NCBI RefSeq assembly: GCF_041956535.1 | Contig: NW_027192209.1 | Coordinates: 322,092-386,091, forward strand | DNA from: Calcarisporiella thermophila CBS 279.70 | Taxonomy: Eukaryota; Fungi; Calcarisporiellomycota | Direction of reading: 5' to 3' | Length of the DNA: 64,000 nucleotides | Shown: piece after piece, positions 27,187 through 35,950 of the stretch | Numbering within the stretch: position 1 is the stretch's first letter | Layout: every line of letters begins with the position of its first letter | Position numbers and translations under genes: made by a program | The notes under the pieces: generated by a model | The model's input: only the letters and a program-made list of their open reading frames with translations | What the model was told of the DNA's origin: nothing | The model's database searches: none

Positions 27187-30100
27187 ATGCCTCCGAACGT
27201 GCTTCATTTTGACGAGATAGTGGACCATAGCGCCCCCACTAGAACCGTGGTAGTGGTGGGCCTTGGGATGGTAGGGCTTAGATTCATTGAGAAGCTGCTC
27301 GAGCTTGACTCGGAAAGAAAATGGTATATTCACGTGTTCTGTGAAGAGCCCAGAGGTAATGCGGATTATCTGTCAATGAGGTTGACAAAAAAAAAAAAAG
27401 TTGATTTTGCTTGTATTCTAGTGGCATACAACCGCGTTGGCCTCACACAATACTTCGCTCATAGAGATGCTGGACGTCTATTGATGCAGCCGCCCGAGTG
27501 GTACGCCAACAATCGCATCCAACTGCACGTGAACACACGAGCAACACGCTTGAACTCCGTCGAGAAGTGGATCGAAAGTGCCGACGGCCGACAAGTGAAC
27601 TACGATATTTGTGTGCTTGCGACGGGTTCTACCCCCCTTCTCCCTCCGAATATGCTCGGCCTCGACGGCAAAGGCGTGTTTATATACCGAACAATCGAAG
27701 ATCTAGATAGTATTATCGCTTATTCGTCGCAGTGTAAGTCTGCCGCGGTAGTGGGCGGCGGCCTGTTAGGCTTAGAGGCTGCTAAGGCTGCAAAAGATCT
27801 AGGGATGGAGGTGACGGTATGTGAAAGATCGACGCGGCTTATGAATCGGCAGCTGGATGAGGAGGGTGCCGAAGTTTTACTCTCCGAGATCAAGAAGATG
27901 GGAATTAATACTCGTCTGGGCGAATCACCGATGGAAATCCTCCTTGATGAGGAGGGGCGGTGTCGTGGGTTGAAATATGACAAGAGTGAAAATCTCAATG
28001 TGGATATGGTCATTTTCTCAATTGGGATCATTCCTCGAGACGATTTCGCCAAGGCATCAGGAATTCAGTGCCATCCACGGGGCGGCGTTCTCGTTGATGA
28101 TTCTCTCAAGACGAGTGTTGACTCGGTATTTGCTGTGGGCGAATGTGTCGTGTATAATAACATGGTTTATGGGTTGGTGGCTCCGGGGTATGAAATGGCA
28201 GAGATTGTAGCGCGAAATCTCACTGGAGGAACCAGCCTCTTCAAGGGAGCAGATATGTCGACTAAGCTGAAGCTACTGGGAGTCCATGTGGCTAGCTTTG
28301 GAGATATTAATGATAGCAATGCGCGACCGCTTGTATACCGGGACCCATTTGCCGGAGTGTATAAAAAATACTTTTTCAACGAGGGGGGAACGAAGATACT
28401 TGGTGGAATAATGGTCGGGGACACGAAAGACTACGCGAAGCTACATTCGTTTTGCACATCGAACCGACGCCTTCCTTGTCCACCGGGAGAACTTATCTTA
28501 GGGTCAGCGGGGCAAGCGGGAGGTGGGGATGGAGTCGAAGAGCTTCCCGATGAAGTTCAAATCTGCTCATGTAACAACGTGACAAAGGGATGCATCCGCC
28601 AAGCTGTCCGGGATGGATGCCGCTCAGTTGGCGAAGTGAAGTCCTGCACCAAGGCTGGCACGGGGTGTGGTGGATGCTTGCCGCAAGTGACGGAAATAGT
28701 GGGGTGCCAGCTCAAGTCGATGGGGGAAACCGTGAAAAATTCCTTATGCCCGCATTTTGATTATTCACGCGTGGAAGTGTTCCAAATCGTCAAGGTAAAG
28801 AAGCTGAAGACATTTAGGGAGGTCATGGAACATGCTGGAAAGAATGGCAGAGCTTTCGGTTGTGAGGTGTGTAAGCCCACCATCGCATCCATCCTCGCCT
28901 CCTTGTGGAACGACCACATCCTCGAGAAGGATCACACCCCACTACAAGACAGCAACGATAGATTTCTTGCCAATATTCAACGCGGGGGCACCTATTCCGT
29001 TGTCCCACGTGTGCCGGGAGGCGAGATCACCCCCGAAAAACTCTTGGTCATCGGAGATATTGCCAAGGAGTATGGGCTCTATACCAAAATTACAGGAGGG
29101 CAGCGAATCGATATGTTCGGCGCCCGGAGAGAGGATTTGCCCAATATCTGGGAGAAGCTGGTCGATGCGGGCTTTGAATCGGGCCATGCATATGGAAAAG
29201 CTCTGCGTACAGTTAAAAGCTGTGTGGGCTCGACTTGGTGTCGATACGGAGTCCGGGATTCGGTATGATATTCAAAATGACAATCCGGTTTATTGATCCT
29301 CCCTTTTCTTATGATCACCTCCTACTGAATAGGTTGGATTTGCGATCATGATTGAAAATCGCTACAAGGGAATCAGAGCCCCGCATAAGATTAAAGGAGC
29401 CGTTTCCGGGTGCATACGAGAGTGTGCGGAGGCCCAGGGCAAAGATTTTGGTTTAATAGCCACGGATAAAGGCTACAATATCTATGTGTGTGGAAATGGT
29501 GGCTCGAAACCCAAGCATGCCCTCCTCCTTGCCGCCGATGTACCCGAAGAAAAATGCATCCGATACCTCGATCGGTTCATTGCATTTTACATCGCCACTG
29601 CCGATCGGTTGCAGCGGACCGCACGCTGGCTTGAAAAATTGGAGGGAGGAATCGAACAGCTTCGCCGAGTGATTATTGATGACCACCTTGGAATTGCTGA
29701 GGAGCTAGAGCGACAGATGCAGTATTTGATTACCACGTATCAAGACGAGTGGGCCACTGTAGTGAAAGACCCTATTAAGCGTGCCCGCTTCAAACAATTT
29801 GTGAATACAGAAGAAAGTCAACCTGGTATCGATGTGATCCAAGAGCGTGGCCAGCAACGACCTGCAGATTGGCCAAAGGAAATAGACAGGGTCGATATCG
29901 GTCTTGAACAGGATACGATTGGAAACGGAGCTCTGCAGAAACGACTGGCTCAAGATAGATCGTGGGTACCCGTTGGAAAGGCCGGTGCTTTTATACGCGA
30001 TGTGGGAGAAGTCATTAAACACGGGCGGAGTCAAATTGCCGTTTTTCGCACCTCTGATGATAAATGGTTTGCAACTCAAAATGTAACCTAATCTAATACC

Positions 30101-30515
30101 TAGTTTTCGCTTGATGGAATAGCCAACTGACAGCCCAATTGTTTATCTGTAGATGTGCCCTCACAAACGAGCATTCGTTCTCTCACAAGGAATTTTGGGC
30201 GATCACGAGGAGAATGGAAATGCGACTCCATACGTCTCCTGTCCTATGCACAAAAAGAATTTCTCGCTTAAATCTGGGAATTGTCTAACGGGAGAAGACT
30301 ACAAACTTCTCACTTTTGATGTACGGGTAGGGGAGTCTCCCTCCGACGCCACAAACGAGGATGCTATCGTTTATGTACATTTACCCCCTCCCGAGATTCT
30401 TGACAGTGTGTTGGCCACCGAGAAACTTATGGTTAAGAAAGAAGAAGCGAGCTCCATCAGTATCGAAAGTGTGGGTGGGTGCGGAGGATGTGGGGATAAA
30501 GCTTTGGAGTGGTAA
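27187..30515 (+). CDS. niiA: Assimilatory NAD(P)H nitrite reductase (NirB plus C-terminal Rieske NirD-like domain)
   Basis: VVGLGMVG (FAD), GGGLLGLEAA (NAD), BFD-like CSCNNV...CGGC, RTVKSCVGSTWCRYG, GAVSGCIRECAEAQ (siroheme/4Fe-4S), Rieske CPHK...CPMHK; introns 27356-27421, 29262-29332 and about 30083-30152. Confidence 0.96.
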
Positions 30516-30563
30516 AGATTGCTATTTAGTTTGAAACTACGGCTATATGTTATTTATTTTAAT

Positions 30564-30627
30564 ATTTTACCATTTTACCATTTTACCATTTTACCATTTT
30601 ACAATTTTACAATTTTACAATTTTACA
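30564..30627. repeat. Compound 8-bp tandem repeat (ATTTTACC)4(ATTTTACA)4
   Basis: Read directly; begins 49 nt after the nitrite reductase stop. Confidence 0.95.
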
Positions 30628-31047
30628 ATTTTTTTCTTCACAAATCATCGATATAAACGAATCTAGAATATAATTAAGAAACATTTGCCTAACGTCTAAT
30701 CAGAGCATTCATCATATCTACCAGCACCATAAGCTCTGCCCTAATGCTTTGTGTTGTGAGAATGAAGATCGACTTTTAATTGCTCTAGAATATTTTCAGG
30801 CTTTTTTTAAAAGTAGTAACCTACTTTGAGCAAATATATCAATAATGAAAGTAGTACATTGGAGATAAAGAATGCTACGAAGACATAGACTAAAGGATGC
30901 AAGGAAGAATGAGGTAGATGAAATGAAAGAATGAGTGCTTATATCCTAATGCGTTATAAAACAAGCGTATTCGAAAAAAAAAAATAGTAAGAACCCGAAA
31001 AATGAGTAAGAAGATCAAAAAATGGGTACGAAAACGCCAAAGAAAAC

Positions 31048-33565
31048 CTAGTTGAAGTTGGTGGTTCCCTCATCCCAACCATTTGTGGAGTGAGGGAATT
31101 CCTTTTCGTCAACAACAATATTTGCAAATGGGTCGGCGCTGTTTAGGTCACCGAATCCGTCTGCACGTTTGCTCAGGTTCGCCTTCGGTTCATCGTTGAA
31201 CTTGGCCCTAATTTCACCAGTGAAATCGGTCTGTCCCTCATCAAAACGTTCAGTACTTGGGCGGAATTGATCCTCATCGATGACGATGTCGGCGAAGGGG
31301 TCGTCGCTGTTGAGATCATCGAACTCCTCTTGTCCAAATTCCCCGTTTCCAGCCAGCGGGTCAAAACTACCCTGCGCAAGCTGACGCTTGAATTGAGTGG
31401 TTCCCTCGTCGAAACCTCCTCGGCTGGATCGGAACTCGTTCTCGTCGACGACCACATCGGCGAATGGGTCGTCGCTATTGAGATCATCAAACTCTTGCTG
31501 ATTGTCTTGGGNNNNNNNNNNNNNNNNNNNNNNNNNNNNNNNNNNNNNNNNNNNNNNNNNNNNNNNNNNNNNNNNNNNNNNNNNNNNNNNNNNNNNNNNN
31601 NNNNNNNNNNNNNNNNNNNNNNNNNNNNNNNNNNNNNNNNNNNNNNNNNNNNNNNNNNNNNNNNNNNNNNNNNNNNNNNNNNNNNNNNNNNNNNNNNNNN
31701 NNNNNNNNNNNNNNNNNNNNNNNNNNNNNNNNNNNNNNNNNNNNNNNNNNNNNNNNNNNNNNNNNNNNNNNNNNNNNNNNNNNNNNNNNNNNNNNNNNNN
31801 NNNNNNNNNNNNNNNNNNNNNNNNNNNNNNNNNNNNNNNNNNNNNNNNNNNNNNNNNNNNNNNNNNNNNNNNNNNNNNNNNNNNNNNNNNNNNNNNNNNN
31901 NNNNNNNNNNNNNNNNNNNNNNNNNNNNNNNNNNNNNNNNNNNNNNNNNNNNNNNNNNNNNNNNNNNNNNNNNNNNNNNNNNNNNNNNNNNNNNNNNNNN
32001 NNNNNNNNNNNNNNNNNNNNNNNNNNNNNNNNNNNNNNNNNNNNNNNNNNNNNNNNNNNNNNNNNNNNNNNNNNNNNNNNNNNNNNNNNNNNNNNNNNNN
32101 NNNNNNNNNNNNNNNNNNNNNNNNNNNNNNNNNNNNNNNNNNNNNNNNNNNNNNNNNNNNNNNNNNNNNNNNNNNNNNNNNNNNNNNNNNNNNNNNNNNN
32201 NNNNNNNNNNNNNNNNNNNNNNNNNNNNNNNNNNNNNNNNNNNNNNNNNNNNNNNNNNNNNNNNNNNNNNNNNNNNNNNNNNNNNNNNNNNNNNNNNNNA
32301 GCGAGCTGGCGCTTGAACTGAGTGGTTCCCTCGTCGAAACCTCCTCGACTGGATCGGAATTCATTCTCGTCTATAACAACGTCTGCGAATGGGTCATCAC
32401 TGTTAAGATCGTCGAATTCCTGCTGACCATTCTCCGCGACCTGGCGTTTAAAATGAGTCGTTCCTTCGTCCCAGCCGTTGGTGCTGTGAGGGAATTTCTT
32501 CTCATCCACAACGATGTTAGCGAACGGATTAACGCTGTTCAGGTCGCTGAATCCGCTTAGAGCGCGCTTTGTAGGAGCATCCTTCTTAGCAGAGGTGCTC
32601 TCTGCTTGCGAGGACTGCTGCTGCGAGTCTTGTGCTTGCTGCTGTTGCTTTTGCTGTTGTTGTTGCTGCTGTTGCTGCTGTTGCTTTTGTTTCAAAGCCT
32701 CCTGAACCTGCTTCAAGCGCTGAATCGCTTTATTTCCCTTTTTTTTCGTCCCCTTAGCCTTCTTACCCTTTTTACCCTTTCCTCCCTTGTTTCCTTTACC
32801 ACCTCCGGCTCCATTCTGCCCACCTTGCTGGCCGGTCTGATCAACTTGTCCATTTTGACCCTGTTGACCGGTCTTTTCCACCTGCCCATTCTGACCTTGT
32901 TGGCTCTTCTGCTGCTCAACCTGTCCATTCTGGCCCTGCTGGCCGGTCTTTTCCACCTGCCCATTCTGACCTTGTTGGCTCTTCTGCTGCTCAACCTGTC
33001 CGTTCTGACCTTGCTGCTCTACTCTACCGTTCTGCTCGACTTGAGTCCTCTCACCGTTCTGTTGCTCTTGTTGTCCATTACGTCCATTGACCTGAATACC
33101 ATTATTTTCCTGACCATTGTTCCCTACTCCATTTCGCCCATTCTGATTATTATTGTTACGGCCTCTGTCATCATTGCGACCACGGTTGTTGCTGTTGCCC
33201 TGGCCACGATCCAGATCGACCTGGCAACGCTCGAGATTATTGAAGACGTCGTCGAGCTGCTTCTCAATATTGTCTTGCTGAGCCTTGAAGAGATCGAGGG
33301 CGCGGTTAACGTCGTTGGCGCGACCAGTGCCACCTAGGCGGCGGAATTCAGCGGCCTGGAGGTTGAACATGGCATCCATTTTCTCCCGCATCTGGTTCCG
33401 GAGCGCCTGAGCGCGGGAGCCACCGTTGGCAGCGTTATTGATGCCGCTAGGCGCTTGTGAAGAGCTGGACTCTACAACAAAGTCATCACCTTGCCCACGC
33501 CGGATCGGGCTGGCAAGTGCCGCCGACGCCACGACAAGTAGAGCTAGAAAACTTAAGGATTTCAT
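31048..33565 (-). CDS. Secreted Kex2-processed repeat protein (KEP-type peptide precursor), interrupted by an assembly gap
   Basis: Signal peptide MKSLSFLALLVVASAALA, Q/G/N-rich and K-rich blocks, polyQ, then at least 5 KR-delimited repeats FxDLNSxxPFAxxVxDExxFxxSxxxF/WDEGxTxF on both sides of the N run; stop at 31048-31050. Confidence 0.85.
31512..32299. other. Assembly gap (788 N) inside the peptide-repeat array
   Basis: N run flanked on both sides by near-identical repeat DNA. Confidence 0.99.
32830..33030 (-). repeat. Coding tandem repeat, 75-nt unit (QQGQNGQVEQQKSQQGQNGQVEKTG) x2 plus degenerate copies
   Basis: Near-identical duplicated DNA beginning 'ccggtcttttccacctgcccattctgaccttgttggctcttctgctgctcaacctgtcc'. 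Confidence 0.9.
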
Positions 33566-34853
33566 GGCAGTATGCAGTTGAGAGAGGTGTGAAATGAAAC
33601 GGCGACCAATGCAATGAGAGAATATATATGCAATTGAAGGAATGTACTATGCAAAGAAATGAAGAGCTGATATACAATGTTTCCCAAGAGAGTTCTGCTT
33701 GCCCAAATTCGATAATGAACTACTTCAAAGGGGGAGGAATGGGGGGGCGAGCGGCGTCGGCTTATTTTTATATATTCCCCTCATCTTTCCACCTGTTCAC
33801 CCCGTTTCCCACTGAGTGACAACCTAATTTCATGTCGGATCCATGTTTGTATGGATCTTCCAGCTCGTTTGTGACCACTCGACCCCTATCCCGGCGGAGT
33901 GACTGCGATTGCAGAAAGTGCACGGTGGGGATGAGGAATAGTGGCCGAGGGCTCAGGAAAAAGATCCACTTGAGAGAGGAGAATGAAATGGGTCTGAGAA
34001 AAAGAGGGTTAAGCGCAGCAGCTCATTTTCTAGAATGAGCAGGCCTAACAGGGCCAAGGAAAGCAGAGGCCTCGCACAACCCACGCTGTTCTCCTTAGCT
34101 CACTACCCTTGCCTTGCCACCGGATTGGACGATCATCCTCTCGCGAGCGCATCAAAGGGGAGCCAAATGAGCTCATCCATTGAAATTGCGCCTTGCCACG
34201 AGGTTCTTTTCTTCTTTCTGCTCTCAAACCCGTCGCACTAGGAAGAGTGCCTTGCGCAGCCCAACCCAATCACTCGCCGAAATTCAGGAGATGGCCGTGA
34301 TTATCGTTTGTGGGATCAGAACTCCCGATTACATAAAATCCGATTTTCTATGTACAGGAGCACCACGCTATCCCGTTTTGCGAATTGAGCGGAGGGCGAT
34401 TCGTCATCCCCTGCTCCTCCATGGCACCTTGCTTGTGACCCATACCAGGCTACGACCCGCTGTGAACTTGGTTTTAGTCATTGAAGTAACGTTACATGGT
34501 TGCGCAGCCTCGTCTCCCTGAAACCCGAGTGTACTGTACAGGTCCATGGCTCGCACCGCTGCGCTCTCCCTCGCAACGCTTCTAGCCCTCGATTGCAAGG
34601 AGAAATCCGGCGTGTTGGCCCTTATCACTTGGGCCTTCCCCGGCTATCGAAGACTCTCGAATGGGCTCACGTCCATCCCGCTTCCCTAATTTGTCCGCCT
34701 GCAACACCGATATGTGGATGGTTCCACCGCGTTACTAACCACTTATTCTATTGGCACATGTGAAAGCTTCAGGGACAGGAAATTGCCCGAACCTGTTCAT
34801 CTCCACTCGCCTTAATCTTCTCCTCCTAATAGGGAGCCTTCCCCCACTTCATA

Positions 34854-35537
34854 ATGAAGGAAGCCGCCCTGTTCGCGCCACTTGAAGATGCACTCCTCTA
34901 CAGCTACAAGCCGGAGGAAAAGGACATTGCCATCCCTGTTCGCGAGATTCTCGCGAAGCCAGCAGTAGCGCTAATCATTCGCCGTCCAGGATGCTGGCTC
35001 TGTCGGATCCAGGCTGTTGCGTTGAAAAGGCACCGCGAATTTCTCGAGAAGAAGCTGGGCATCCGATGTTTCGCTGTGGTACATGAGCAATTGGGTGCGG
35101 AGGAATTCAATAATGGCTTCTGGAATGGCGAGCTTTACTGGGACAAATCGCGAGCGTTCTACAAGTCGCTCGGGGAGGGCGAGATCCGCGTTGCCTCCTT
35201 GTGGAATCTCTTCACTCTACAGACCTATGCCAGCATGTTCAAGGCGCTCTCCAGCGGCATTTCCGGTAATTTGCTCGTTGGAAATGGCCTAATATATGGA
35301 GGTGCCGTTGTGATTCAAGACAAACATTTTCTCTTCGTGCACAAAGAGAAAGGTTTTGGCGATCTGGTTAAGATCTCTGAGGTTTTAAAAGCCTGCAAAC
35401 AGATCGCGGGATCCAGTGCGAATAATGAGGTGATGAGCGAGCTCGATCAGCGTATTGCTGACGAGCTCCGAAAAGAGGGCCAGAATCCACCTGACGCGTT
35501 AGCTTGTAAACCTCCCGATCGTCCCTCCAAGCTGTAG
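34854..35537 (+). CDS. Peroxiredoxin-like 2A / AhpC-TSA_2 (FAM213/SelenoU-family, Cys form) with PTS1
   Basis: IIRRPGCWLCR (CxxC), VVHEQLG, FWNGELYWD, HKEKGFGD; intronless; ends in -SKL. Confidence 0.88.
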   Translation: MKEAALFAPLEDALLYSYKPEEKDIAIPVREILAKPAVALIIRRPGCWLCRIQAVALKRHREFLEKKLGIRCFAVVHEQLGAEEFNNGFWNGELYWDKSRAFYKSLGEGEIRVASLWNLFTLQTYASMFKALSSGISGNLLVGNGLIYGGAVVIQDKHFLFVHKEKGFGDLVKISEVLKACKQIAGSSANNEVMSELDQRIADELRKEGQNPPDALACKPPDRPSKL

Positions 35538-35950
35538 ATTCAACTTGCTTTTCCTTCGTTTTTTTTTTACTACCCTTAATAGTCTTTATGTATGTACAGT
35601 ATCTGCTAATTCCTTGTTTTACTTTCGCGCTTTGTAGCAAATCCTTGCTCATCACTGGGATTAGAAGGAAGATTAACGAAGCTCTCACAGATTAATGAAT
35701 AACCTATTCTTTAAACCTTTTACTAGCTCCTACAAAGAGCTGCTTCTAGAGAGGAAACGACCCATTTGGCTTTTTCAAGAAAGCCCTTGTTTTGACGTTG
35801 ACTAACACCTTGACTCCTCGGCAAAATGCTTCAAATATAAATACAGTACATTTCCCGACATCAATAGAATACAAAATTACAAGGAACAATAGTGTGTACG
35901 ATATTGGCAAAATAAATAAACAGCTGGTACCGGAAAATGGGGGTGGCTAT

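Noticed and set aside
30564-30627. Telomeric repeat or CRISPR array
   Set aside because: Short internal octamer with no spacers and no TTAGGG-like unit
31267-32560. Long ORFs spanning the N run, and the apparent frameshift across the gap
   Set aside because: Artefacts of translating Ns; the gap length is only an estimate
34990-35005. Selenoprotein (SelenoU-type UxxC) in an early-diverging fungus
   Set aside because: The redox motif is TGC-TGG-CTC-TGT (CWLC) with no in-frame TGA, so this is the Cys homologue
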